Origin: Candidatus Buchananbacteria bacterium CG10_big_fil_rev_8_21_14_0_10_33_19
GTDB taxonomy: Bacteria > Patescibacteriota > Patescibacteriia > 2-01-FULL-39-33
Assembly: GCA_002773855.1 (NCBI GenBank)
Contig: PEZY01000005.1
Span: forward strand, 218,221 to 282,220
Reading direction: 5' to 3'
Length of the DNA: 64,000 nt
Shown here: positions 31,336 through 40,826 of the stretch, piece by piece
Numbering within the stretch: the first letter of the stretch is position 1
Layout of the letters: every line of letters begins with the position of its first letter
Notes under the pieces: generated by a model
What the model was told of the DNA's origin: nothing
Seen by the model: only the letters and a program-made list of their open reading frames with translations
The model's database searches: none
Translations under genes and position numbers: made by a program

Positions 31336-31391
31336 ATAATGTTAGCGAGAAGTAGCTAGTTTTTCAACAAAAAAACGGAGATACAGAAAAA

Positions 31392-32573
31392 ATGAAACGA
31401 TCAGTCCTTTTGACAATTTTAATTTCCATTTTACTAAGCAACCAATGTTTTGCTGGTGGTCTCAATCGCATCGGTGGCATAGGCTCCCGGGCTGGTGGCA
31501 TGAGTGGTGCTTTTACTGCTATTGCTGATGATGTCACTCTCTTTTACTACAACCCAGCCGGCATGTCTCAATTTGAGACCACTTATATCGAAGCCGGGGT
31601 TGATGTTGTCGTCCCTCGCCTAAAATATAATGGTCATAATTCTGACAATGATGCTTGGCACGCCCTACCTTATGCCGGGGTAATCTATCCGGCAAACGAT
31701 CGCGTCAATATTGGACTGGGTTTGACCGTGCCTTATGGCATGGGGGCTAGCTTCAAAAAAAGTTGGCCACTACCGGAGACAGAAACTCTACTTAGTCTAA
31801 CCAATATTACACCAGCCCTGTCACTCAAATTGTGTGACAAATTTTATGTAGGCGTTGGACTCAATATCGGTTATGGCCAATTTAAATACCGGGCACCATT
31901 TGATGTTGATGGAATTTTTCTGCCCATTTGCACCGACAACGAAGCTAGTGGCTTTGGACTAGGTACTACTATTGGACTGATGTATTTTCCTACCGACAAA
32001 TTAACTTTTGGTCTCACTTATATGAGTGAGCTAAAGGTTAATTTCAATGGCGAATCTGATATTTCTATCGGCCCAATTAGTATTCGCGATAAATTCAAAA
32101 GCGACTTCACTTTCCCGCCACGTTTGGGATTGGGCATCGCCTATCAATTTACCGATAGATTAACTGTTGATTTCGATGCCAATTGGTATGGCTATTCCAA
32201 AACTGTTAACAGTATGACGCTGCAGTTTGATAAGTTAAATTTTGGCAAAACTACCAAGCTAAATTGGCAAGATAATTTTAGTCTACACCTTGGAGCTCGC
32301 TATCGCCTAAACAACGATTGGTGGCTACGAGCTGGTATGGCTTATCAAAATTCTGCTATTCCTGATTCAACCATTAGTCAATTAACACCCGATGCCAGTG
32401 GTTGGGACGTGGCCTTTGGTCTGGAATGCGAAAAAGACAACTTCTCATTTGGTGTTGGTACTATCTACGGCTGGGGTGAAAATGATGTAGAACCAAACTT
32501 CGGCGTTCGCTACCCTGGCAAGTATGAAGCTCAAACATTAACAGTTGGTCTTCAAGCTAGTTGGAAATTCTAG
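31392..32573 (+). CDS. Outer-membrane hydrophobic-compound transporter, FadL/TodX (OMPP1) family-like beta-barrel
   Basis: Signal peptide. N-terminal AGGLNRIGGIGSRAGGMSGAFTAIADDVTLFYYNPAGM resembles the FadL N-terminal hatch motif. Alternating beta-strand pattern; C-terminal Phe (SWKF). GC about 55-58%. Confidence 0.55.
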   Translation: MKRSVLLTILISILLSNQCFAGGLNRIGGIGSRAGGMSGAFTAIADDVTLFYYNPAGMSQFETTYIEAGVDVVVPRLKYNGHNSDNDAWHALPYAGVIYPANDRVNIGLGLTVPYGMGASFKKSWPLPETETLLSLTNITPALSLKLCDKFYVGVGLNIGYGQFKYRAPFDVDGIFLPICTDNEASGFGLGTTIGLMYFPTDKLTFGLTYMSELKVNFNGESDISIGPISIRDKFKSDFTFPPRLGLGIAYQFTDRLTVDFDANWYGYSKTVNSMTLQFDKLNFGKTTKLNWQDNFSLHLGARYRLNNDWWLRAGMAYQNSAIPDSTISQLTPDASGWDVAFGLECEKDNFSFGVGTIYGWGENDVEPNFGVRYPGKYEAQTLTVGLQASWKF

Positions 32574-32585
32574 CTCAAAACCAAA

Positions 32586-32630
32586 CCCGCCCCGATACAA
32601 TATCGGAGCGGGTTTTATTTTTATTTTTTC
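32586..32630. terminator. Bidirectional terminator between the FadL-like gene and the RNHCP gene
   Basis: cccgccccgatacaatatcggagcggg hairpin followed by a T-run. Confidence 0.6.
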
Positions 32631-32941
32631 ATTTTTTTATCAGCTAATTGCTTACTCAATTTAACCACCTCATCAAAATCATCATCCTCCGAAATAATAT
32701 TTCGCTTTCTTATATCGCACCTCTCACATTCATGAACTAAAATCCAATTTTGACCCTCTTTATATAAATCCACTGGTCGCATCATACCAGCACACTCCTC
32801 GGCTCTATCACCAGGATTAATATCAACATGCTTAGACCACAAACACTGAGGACAATGGTTGGTATAACCAGTTCCCTTTACATTTGTACCACAATTAGCA
32901 CAAGTGAAATCTTCTCTTTTTTTAGTAAATCTTTTTGGCAT
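32621..32941 (-). CDS. RNHCP domain-containing zinc-ribbon protein
   Basis: CANCGT...GYTNHCPQCLWSKH and HECERCD match the RNHCP signature and Cys pairs. Confidence 0.6.
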   Translation of the reverse strand: MPKRFTKKREDFTCANCGTNVKGTGYTNHCPQCLWSKHVDINPGDRAEECAGMMRPVDLYKEGQNWILVHECERCDIRKRNIISEDDDFDEVVKLSKQLADKKMKK

Positions 32942-33044
32942 ATTAATACAGTTATATTAAATTAAATCTAATAAAAATTCAAATTAATAATTAAACTTAA
33001 TAATTACAAATAAAAAGAGAGGTGTGTTGACACCTCTCAAATTT

Positions 33045-33121
33045 TGGGGGGCACGACGGGGGTCGAACCCGTGACCTCTAGGACCACAACCTAGCGCTCT
33101 AGCCAACTGAGCTACATGCCC
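33045..33121 (-). tRNA. tRNA-His (anticodon GTG), CCA encoded, no genomically encoded G-1
   Basis: Minus-strand GGGCATGTAGCTCAGTTGGCTAGAGCGCTAGGTTGTGGTCCTAGAGGTCACGGGTTCGACCCCCGTCGTGCCCCCCA. Cloverleaf folds. Anticodon loop TTGTGGT gives GUG; discriminator C73. Confidence 0.85.
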
Positions 33122-33135
33122 GTATTATTAAAGAC

Positions 33136-34557
33136 CTATTTGCCTAAACTTGATTTCAAGTTAGCAAAACACTCTTCCTTTGTCAATAACTCTTGCTTTC
33201 TGGCGTTCATATCCTTTAACTGTATTTTACCACTAGCCATTTCTTCTGGTCCAATTATTACCACAAACGGAATACTCTTTTTGGCCGCATAAGAAAATTG
33301 AGCTCTAAATGTATAATCATCACCCAAATAAAGTTCGGTATTATAACCATTCTGTTGCAACTCTTGAACCATATCCATAGAATATTTTTGTAATTCTGGA
33401 TCAAAGATAGTAACCAAAACATCGGTAACAGAATCTCGTTTATCTATTAGACCTAACTTTTGCAAAGCCACAATTAATCTATCAATGCCAACAGAAGCAC
33501 CAACTCCGGCTATATTGCTACCAGCAATAAATCTATTAGTTAAGCCATCAAAACGACCACCAGAAAAAACACTACCAATTTCTGGAATATCAGTTAGAGT
33601 AGTTTCAAATACTGGACCAGTATAATAATCCAAACCTCTGGCTACTGACAAATCAATTTTCCAATTTTTTTGAGGAATATTTAAATCGGTCAAAGCTTTA
33701 GAAATTTTTTGCAGTTCATATAATCCAGATTGTCCTAAGTCATCACTGTCACCAAAAAAATCTTGAAGTTTTACCAAAACATCATCTGATGATTCAGATT
33801 TTATTTGTAAAAAGGCAATCACTTTTTCCGCTTTGTTTTCGGTCATAGCTAGAGCCGTATCATCATACTCATTAGCGGGCTGACGCATTAATTCAGATTT
33901 AACACCAGTCAAACCAATTTTGTCTAACTTATCAATAATTCTAAATAACTCTTTTGAGTTATCCAAACAATTTACCGCTTCAGCTAGTCCATTAAGAATT
34001 TTTCGAGTATTAAATCTAATCAAGAAATTATCAATCCCCAAAGCCTTCATTGATTGATACATCACTTGAATTACTTCAATATCAGCCAAAATAGAATTGG
34101 AACCAATTATATCAAAATCAAACTGTGAAAATTCACGGTATCGACCAGCTTGTGGTCTTTCGCCTCGCCAAACTTTACCAATTTGATAACGCTTAAACGG
34201 TTTTGGTAAATCTGGATAAGCGGCAATAACTCTGGCTAGTGGCACAGTCAGATCAAATCTTAAAGTATAGTCTTGATCCCAACTGTCATTAGCAATTTTC
34301 TTGTCCTCGATACCTCTAACAATTCTAGCCAAAAAAATACTCTTATTAAAATTATCAGTATTACCCAATAAAACTTTTCTGTTTTCCATACCTGGTGTTT
34401 CCAATGGCACAAAACCAAAAGATTCATAAACTTTTCTAATGGTATCAACTACTTTTTGAGTCATCAAAGCCTCAGCTGGAAGTAAATCCCTAAATCCACC
34501 AAGTAATTCTGGCTTAATAATACTATCATTATTATTTGTTGGTTTTTCACTAGACAT
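33136..34557 (-). CDS. hisS: Histidyl-tRNA synthetase
   Basis: Class IIa motifs and HisRS-type N-terminus (LGGFRDLLPAEA...). C-terminal anticodon-binding domain. 473 aa. Adjacent to tRNA-His. Confidence 0.9.
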   Translation of the reverse strand: MSSEKPTNNNDSIIKPELLGGFRDLLPAEALMTQKVVDTIRKVYESFGFVPLETPGMENRKVLLGNTDNFNKSIFLARIVRGIEDKKIANDSWDQDYTLRFDLTVPLARVIAAYPDLPKPFKRYQIGKVWRGERPQAGRYREFSQFDFDIIGSNSILADIEVIQVMYQSMKALGIDNFLIRFNTRKILNGLAEAVNCLDNSKELFRIIDKLDKIGLTGVKSELMRQPANEYDDTALAMTENKAEKVIAFLQIKSESSDDVLVKLQDFFGDSDDLGQSGLYELQKISKALTDLNIPQKNWKIDLSVARGLDYYTGPVFETTLTDIPEIGSVFSGGRFDGLTNRFIAGSNIAGVGASVGIDRLIVALQKLGLIDKRDSVTDVLVTIFDPELQKYSMDMVQELQQNGYNTELYLGDDYTFRAQFSYAAKKSIPFVVIIGPEEMASGKIQLKDMNARKQELLTKEECFANLKSSLGK

Positions 34558-34868
34558 GATATGGTTTTACCTTTCAGTTAAAATTATTACCTATTAATGT
34601 AAAGAGCTTTATGGTACACAAACTCTTTTTTGACTAAGTTCAGTATAAAATTTATAACAATAAAAACCATAATAGTCAACTAAGCACTAAATTGACATAT
34701 TTTTATGTGTAGTCTATATTATAAAATATGATAACAAACAAAACTAACAAACCACACCATCACAGCCTTCTAATGCCTATTGAGAAGTTGGTTTAGTGTT
34801 ATATAAAATATACTTGACCATACCCTTCTCACTTGGAAGGGTTTTTAAATTAAAAATATAATAAAAAA

Positions 34869-35408
34869 ATGAAAAATAGAAAACTACAAATTGGAGTCAT
34901 GGGATCAGCAGCTGATTTAAAATATTCAAAAGATATAGAACAAATAGCTCTTGAGGTTGGCAGATTAATTGCTAAAAGCGGCAACATTACAATTTATGGT
35001 GCTGAAAAAGATTATGATTCATTATCTACAGCCGCCGCCAGAGGAGCCAAAGAAGAAAATGGTATTACTGTTGGTATTACTTATGATAAAGGCAAGGAAA
35101 TTTGGGACCAAGAAAATAATACTGACGTCATAATTTGCACTGGCATGGGCCGAGGTGGTGGTCGAGAATTTGTCTTAGTAAACAGTTGTGACGCCATTAT
35201 TACAATCTCTGGTGGGTCTGGCACGCTAACAGAAATAGCTATTGCCTATCAAGCTAATATTCCGATTATTGCCATTACTGGTACTGATGGCTGGAGCGAC
35301 AAACTAGCCAATGAATTTTTAGACAGTCGTAAAAGAGTTTTAGTAACTGCTGCTAAAACTCCTCAAGAAGCCGTAGACACTTGTCTTGAAATATTAAACA
35401 AAAAATAA
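34869..35408 (+). CDS. LOG/TIGR00725-type SLOG Rossmann-fold nucleotide-binding protein
   Basis: IGVMGSA...GGGREFVLVNSCDAIITISGGSGTLTEIAIA follows the LOG-family GGxGT.xE pattern. Confidence 0.6.
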   Translation: MKNRKLQIGVMGSAADLKYSKDIEQIALEVGRLIAKSGNITIYGAEKDYDSLSTAAARGAKEENGITVGITYDKGKEIWDQENNTDVIICTGMGRGGGREFVLVNSCDAIITISGGSGTLTEIAIAYQANIPIIAITGTDGWSDKLANEFLDSRKRVLVTAAKTPQEAVDTCLEILNKK

Positions 35409-35426
35409 AATTTACCAAATAAAAAA

Positions 35427-35466
35427 CCTGCTTATTGCCTTCTGACAACAAGCAGGTATTATTTTT
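35427..35466. terminator. Bidirectional terminator between convergent genes
   Basis: cctgctt...aagcagg stem with a T-run. Confidence 0.55.
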
Positions 35467-35471
35467 GTGGA

Positions 35472-36485
35472 TTAATTAATTTCATGACATACGCTAGCCA
35501 AATAATCAGTAATACAAGCATTTAGATGTGGTAATTCAGGTTGCCCAATACATATCGGGATACTGACTCGTGGATAAACACCATCTAAATCGCCAATGGT
35601 TATACGGCGACCATTCATTTGTTCTATTGTTTTAAATATTTCTAAATCTTTTTGCAAACAAAAACGAGACAGTTCAACAGCATGCTTATGTGGAATACTG
35701 GTCCACTCTGGCATTGGACAGAACGGATAAATATATGGCACAGAATATGAAGCATGATTGTAAGTATAAAATGGCAAATTATAACCATTCCAAGGAACAC
35801 CAATCACTCGACCGCAGTTAGAAATAAATGGAAAGAAATCATGATCTGGCATCCAGTCAATAAACTCTTCCATTCTTTCTATAACAATTACTTCACCATC
35901 AAACTGATTCTGTAAAGCCTCAATAGCACGAGAAAATGCAAAGCCAACTACTACTGCAGCGACTTCAGCCTTACATTCCTTAAACATACCCAGAATTTCT
36001 AACAAAGTACCACCAGTAAAAGTGCCATCTTCCATTAATATAATGGGGTTGTCACGACAGCTATTAGTAATATCTCTAATTTGCTCTTTTAAGCCGGAGT
36101 AACCGGGGCGAGGTCCCAAGCCAATAATATTTCCAGAACGATTTACTAAACGATTAATATCAATAGTTTGCCCACGCTTGAGACCGGCTATTTCCACACA
36201 TGTACTGACAACTACTGCATCTTTGAGATGCTTACGATGATCCAAAGCTGTGGTCAATATTTCATCAGCCAAAGCTTCCATCGTCACTGCCCGTACATTG
36301 GCGCCAGGAAAAGAATCATTAACTATTCGAATAATACCATCTTTAATATCAGTATAAATAGCGGCATCGACATCGGGGGTTTTTAAACCAATAGACCTAA
36401 ACAACTTAACTTTTTTTGCTAAATCAAACGTTAAAATATAGGTTTTATTTTTCTTTAATTCATGACCAGGCTCACCATTTTTCAT
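35472..36485 (-). CDS. Phosphoribosyltransferase (PRTase type I)-domain protein with an uncharacterised C-terminal extension of about 180 aa
   Basis: PRPP-binding motif PIILMEDGTFTGGTLLEIL at aa about 140-158. C-terminal region is Cys/His/Trp-rich with no recognisable motif. Confidence 0.5.
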   Translation of the reverse strand: MKNGEPGHELKKNKTYILTFDLAKKVKLFRSIGLKTPDVDAAIYTDIKDGIIRIVNDSFPGANVRAVTMEALADEILTTALDHRKHLKDAVVVSTCVEIAGLKRGQTIDINRLVNRSGNIIGLGPRPGYSGLKEQIRDITNSCRDNPIILMEDGTFTGGTLLEILGMFKECKAEVAAVVVGFAFSRAIEALQNQFDGEVIVIERMEEFIDWMPDHDFFPFISNCGRVIGVPWNGYNLPFYTYNHASYSVPYIYPFCPMPEWTSIPHKHAVELSRFCLQKDLEIFKTIEQMNGRRITIGDLDGVYPRVSIPICIGQPELPHLNACITDYLASVCHEIN

Positions 36486-36898
36486 TAGATTGTCTCCTGT
36501 TGGGTTGAGTTATAAAAAACTAATATAGATTATAAATGCACTAACTTGCCTAAATATTATAATAATAGTGATTTTAAGTCAAATCAAAATATAACCAATA
36601 AAATACTTGACATTTTTTAGTCAATATGCTAAAGTTTTTACAGCTAAATAACAACCTGCACAGCTAAGAGGTCTGTTGCTAAATACGCTTTTGAAGCTAA
36701 ATTTATCAGATTTTAAGGCAGATTTTCTTAACAAATTTTGAGGCCTAGCGACCAAGCTAAGATGAAAAATTTTTAAGAAAATATGGCCAAAATATGAAAA
36801 TTATAGCCAAAATGGTATTTAATAATAGACCTCTATAATAATTAATAAAAAGCAGGACTTCTGGCCAATAGCGCCAGCGGTTAACACATCTAAAAACA

Positions 36899-38134
36899 AT
36901 GACTACTGAAGTTAAACAAGACTCAGAATTTAAGAAGCTGCTTGAAGACAAGCAGTATTTTAATTTGCCAAAAGTTGGTGACCTAGTAAAAGGTACTATT
37001 ATCTCTGCTAGTAAAAATGAAGTTCATATTGATATGGGCGGTACTTTTACCGGACTAGTTCGTGGTAAAGAATGTTATAGTGAATCAGAAGAATATCGTA
37101 ACCTAAAACCAGGTGATGAAGTTGAAGCCACTGTTTTAGAACCAGAAAATGAAAACGGTGAAATCGAACTTTCATTTAGATACGCTGGCCGACAGAAGGC
37201 TTGGAAAATTATTAAAGATGTTGAGGAAGACAATAAAATCACCGAAGCTATCATTACTGATGCTAATAAGGGTGGTTTAATGATCAAGGTTGGGAGCACT
37301 ATGGGCTTCTTACCAGTTTCTCAATTATCACCAGAACATTATCCTCGAGTTCCGGGTGGTGATAAAAATAGAATTTTAGAAATTCTAAAAAGCTACATTG
37401 GCCAAAAATTTGAAGTTAAAATTATTGACACTGATGAAAGTGAAGATAAATTAATTGTTTCTGAAAAGGGCGCTTGGGAAGAAACCCAAAAAGATGTAAT
37501 CAACAGATATAAAGTAGGTCAAATTGTTGAAGGTGTGGTAACTGCCGTTACTGATTTTGGTATCTTTGTCGAGTTTGATAAATTAGAAGGTTTAATTCAT
37601 ATTTCCGAAATCGCTTGGAAGAGAATTGATAATCCATCTGATTTTGTAAAAGTTGGCGAACATATTAAAGCCGAAATCATTGGTATTGAAAATTCAAAAA
37701 TCTTCCTATCAATGAAGAAATTACAAAAAGATCCTTGGGAAGGTATTGAAAAACGCTACCAGATCGGCGAAAAAGTTAAAGGTAAAGTTTTAAAAGCTAA
37801 TCCTTTTGGCTTATTTGTAGAGTTAGATGAAGATATCCATGGTTTGGCTCATATTTCTCAATTAAGCAACAAACCAATTAGCAATATCGAAGAAATTGCT
37901 AAAACTGGTGATACTGTAGAATTATATGTAGTTTCTATGGATGCAAAAAATCACCGCTTAGGCTTAAGCTTGCTAAAACCAGAACCAAAAAAGAAAGAAG
38001 AAGCAACTAGTGAAGAAAAAACTAGTGACAAAAAAACTGATAAGGCAGACGGGGCTGAAGACAAAAAAGAAAAACCAGCCAAAAAAGTTAAGGCAAAAGA
38101 AACAGCTAAAGAAGAAGCAGAAAAAACTGAATAA
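36899..38134 (+). CDS. rpsA: 30S ribosomal protein S1 (four S1 domains plus a K/E-rich tail)
   Basis: Repeated S1 OB-fold signatures (VGDLVKGTII..., VGQIVEGVVTAV..., KVKGKVLKANPFGLFVEL...). 411 aa. Confidence 0.8.
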   Translation: MTTEVKQDSEFKKLLEDKQYFNLPKVGDLVKGTIISASKNEVHIDMGGTFTGLVRGKECYSESEEYRNLKPGDEVEATVLEPENENGEIELSFRYAGRQKAWKIIKDVEEDNKITEAIITDANKGGLMIKVGSTMGFLPVSQLSPEHYPRVPGGDKNRILEILKSYIGQKFEVKIIDTDESEDKLIVSEKGAWEETQKDVINRYKVGQIVEGVVTAVTDFGIFVEFDKLEGLIHISEIAWKRIDNPSDFVKVGEHIKAEIIGIENSKIFLSMKKLQKDPWEGIEKRYQIGEKVKGKVLKANPFGLFVELDEDIHGLAHISQLSNKPISNIEEIAKTGDTVELYVVSMDAKNHRLGLSLLKPEPKKKEEATSEEKTSDKKTDKADGAEDKKEKPAKKVKAKETAKEEAEKTE

Positions 38135-38161
38135 CTTCTAAATCTGTAATCAAAAAAATAA

Positions 38162-38192
38162 AACCCCAATTAACTTTGGGGTTTTATTGTTG
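38162..38192. terminator. Bidirectional terminator between rpsA and the phosphatidyltransferase gene
   Basis: aaaccccaattaactttggggttt followed by a T-run. Confidence 0.55.
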
Positions 38193-38201
38193 AAATAATT
38201 A

Positions 38202-38816
38202 TTATTTTGATTTAATCATTTTAAATGATTGGTAGCCATAACTAATCAAACTTATTAAACCAGTAAAAATTCCTAAGTACAAAAACATCAACGACAACTG
38301 CAACCAAATTAGTGAATTAGAAACCACATAACAAAAAACAAACAGCACACCAATAACCTGAAAAACCATTTTACTTTTACCGGTCCAATTAGACGCTGGG
38401 ACTTTTATTTTGTGACTAGCCACTATTAAAATTACACTTTCCATCAAAATTAATATATCTATAATAATTACTACAACCAAAATTGGATAGTAAGGATAAT
38501 AAAATAATAAAAATAAAATTGATAAAATTATTAATAACTTATCAGCCAAAGGATCCAACATAGTACCGTAGTCTGATATCTGTTTTCTTTTTCTAGCTAG
38601 TGATCCATCAATGCTATCGGCTAAAGCAGCAATGCCAAAAAAAGTTAACGCCACAAAAAAATGCTGAGTAGCCAAAAAATACAAAACAAACGGAATTAAT
38701 AGCAATCTCAGAAAAGTAAAATAATTTGGTGTAATCGTCTTTGGTATAAAACCAAACAAAAATCGATTCCAAAAATCATCAATTAAATTTTTAAGCAGGT
38801 TTGACATTTTGACCAA
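38202..38816 (-). CDS. CDP-alcohol phosphatidyltransferase (PgsA-like)
   Basis: ADSIDGSLARKRKQISDYGTMLDPLADK matches D-G-x2-A-R-x8-G-x3-D-x3-D. Multi-TM. Confidence 0.75.
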   Translation of the reverse strand: MVKMSNLLKNLIDDFWNRFLFGFIPKTITPNYFTFLRLLLIPFVLYFLATQHFFVALTFFGIAALADSIDGSLARKRKQISDYGTMLDPLADKLLIILSILFLLFYYPYYPILVVVIIIDILILMESVILIVASHKIKVPASNWTGKSKMVFQVIGVLFVFCYVVSNSLIWLQLSLMFLYLGIFTGLISLISYGYQSFKMIKSK

Positions 38817-38876
38817 AAATAATTAATATATTAACTGTAGCTTACATATATTATAATAAAAAATTACATATTTGTC

Positions 38877-40691
38877 ATGAAAAAAATAACCAAACAATTC
38901 TTAATAGCTTTTCTAGTATTTTTGATCTTTGCTAGTATTTTGAGTTTTATTACTTTGCCCGCCAATAAACCGGCCAATATTAATATTACCGAGCTATTAG
39001 CTCAAATAGATGATGGCAAAATCAAATCAATTTCTGTTCGCGATAATCAATTAGACATTACTCTAAATGATGATACTAAACAGATTTTAGCCAAAGAGCC
39101 ATCTGAAAGTCTAAGCACTCTATTAAGCAACTACGAAGTTGATACTAACAAATTAAAGAATATTGCCATTGATGTTAAATCCGAAAGTGGCTTCAAATTC
39201 TGGGCTTCCATTACCCTACCATTTTTAATTCCTTTAATTTTTATCTTGGGGTTTTTCTGGTTTATGATGCGCCAAGCTCAAGGAGCTAACAACAAAGCCA
39301 TGAGCTTTGGACAAAGTCGAGCTAAGGAATTTAATCCTAACAAAAAACTAAAAACTACTTTCAAAGATGTAGCTGGTGTTAAAGAAGCTAAGAAAGAATT
39401 AGTAGAAGTCGTAGAATTCTTAAAAAACCCCAAAAAATTTCTAGCCTTGGGCGCTAAAATTCCAAAAGGTGTTTTACTTTTAGGTGCTCCTGGAACTGGT
39501 AAAACTTTACTAGCCAAAGCAGTAGCTGGCGAAGCCAATGTGCCATTTTTTTCTATTTCAGGTTCAGAGTTTGTAGAAATGTTTGTTGGTGTTGGTGCTT
39601 CTCGAGTACGTGATCTATTTAGCAAAGCTAAAAAGAATTCACCTTGTATTATATTTATTGATGAAATTGATGCGGTTGGCAGACAACGTGGCGCTGGCCT
39701 TGGCGGATCGCACGACGAAAGAGAACAGACCTTAAATCAAATATTAGTAGAGATGGATGGTTTTGATGAAAGAACAAATGTAATAGTGGTAGCTGGTACC
39801 AATAGACCTGATGTATTAGATGCCGCCCTACTGAGACCAGGTCGGTTTGATCGACGTGTTACTCTAGACATGCCAGATATTAATGACCGTGAAGCAATTC
39901 TAAAAGTTCACTCTACTAATAAGCCATTTACCAAAGACGTTGATATGCGTTTAATTGCTTCTCGAACTCCTGGCTTCTCTGGAGCAGACTTAGCCAATTT
40001 ATTAAACGAATCTGCAATTCTAGCCGCTCTAGAAAATAAAAAAGAAATTAACAACGATCATATTTTAGAAAGCATCGATAAAATTATGATCGGTCCTCAA
40101 AGAAAAAGTCATATTTTAAATGAACACGAAAAAGAAGTCACCGCTTATCATGAAGCTGGTCATGCTATTGTCGCCCACCTACTACCAAACACTGATCCTG
40201 TCAGCAAAGTGTCTATTATCGCCAGAGGTAGTGCCGCTGGCTTTACCTTAAAATTACCACTAGAAGACAAGAAGCTTCATACTAAAACTGAATTTCTAGA
40301 AGATATGGCAGTTATGCTCGCTGGCCAAACTGCCGAAAAAATTGTTTTCAATGAAATCACTACTGGAGCTCAAGGCGATCTAAGACAAGTCACTGCTTTA
40401 GCCAAACAACTTATTACCTCATATGGTATGAGCGAGAAAATGGGTCTTAGAACTTTTGGCAAAAAAGATGATATGGTTTTCTTGGGCAAAGATATTCATG
40501 AACAAAGAGATTATAGTGAAAAAACAGCTGAACAGATCGACGAAGAAATTCATCGCTTAACCGAAGATGCCAGAAAATTAGCCGAGAAAATTATCACTGA
40601 GAACCGAACCCAACTAGATAAAATAGTTGTAGCTCTAAAAGAAAAAGAAACCATCGAAGCTGAGGAATTTAAAGCTTTATTTGAAAAATAA
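38877..40691 (+). CDS. ftsH: ATP-dependent zinc metalloprotease FtsH
   Basis: Walker [12 protein letters not shown] region and HEAGHAIV zinc motif. N-terminal TM segments. Confidence 0.95.
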   Translation: MKKITKQFLIAFLVFLIFASILSFITLPANKPANINITELLAQIDDGKIKSISVRDNQLDITLNDDTKQILAKEPSESLSTLLSNYEVDTNKLKNIAIDVKSESGFKFWASITLPFLIPLIFILGFFWFMMRQAQGANNKAMSFGQSRAKEFNPNKKLKTTFKDVAGVKEAKKELVEVVEFLKNPKKFLALGAKIPKGVLLLGAPGTGKTLLAKAVAGEANVPFFSISGSEFVEMFVGVGASRVRDLFSKAKKNSPCIIFIDEIDAVGRQRGAGLGGSHDEREQTLNQILVEMDGFDERTNVIVVAGTNRPDVLDAALLRPGRFDRRVTLDMPDINDREAILKVHSTNKPFTKDVDMRLIASRTPGFSGADLANLLNESAILAALENKKEINNDHILESIDKIMIGPQRKSHILNEHEKEVTAYHEAGHAIVAHLLPNTDPVSKVSIIARGSAAGFTLKLPLEDKKLHTKTEFLEDMAVMLAGQTAEKIVFNEITTGAQGDLRQVTALAKQLITSYGMSEKMGLRTFGKKDDMVFLGKDIHEQRDYSEKTAEQIDEEIHRLTEDARKLAEKIITENRTQLDKIVVALKEKETIEAEEFKALFEK

Positions 40692-40714
40692 AAATAAATT
40701 TCACAAATTTAAAA

Positions 40715-40738
40715 CTCCTCTGACGAGGAGTTTTATTA
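40715..40738 (+). terminator. Rho-independent terminator of ftsH
   Basis: ctcctctgacgaggag followed by a T-run. Confidence 0.6.
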
Positions 40739-40826
40739 TACTTTCATAATTTTTTTAATTTATGTTATAATATAAGCAACTTATAAATCAATTAAGAAAT
40801 TAATAATTTTCTTAAAATAAAAATAT

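Noticed and set aside
34558-34868. T-box leader upstream of hisS
   Set aside because: No GGTGGNACCGCG-like core on the minus strand. Only promoter-like hexamers were seen.
36757-36951. 64-aa minus-strand ORF overlapping the rpsA start
   Set aside because: It lies antisense across the rpsA promoter/start and has a hydrophobic low-complexity translation.
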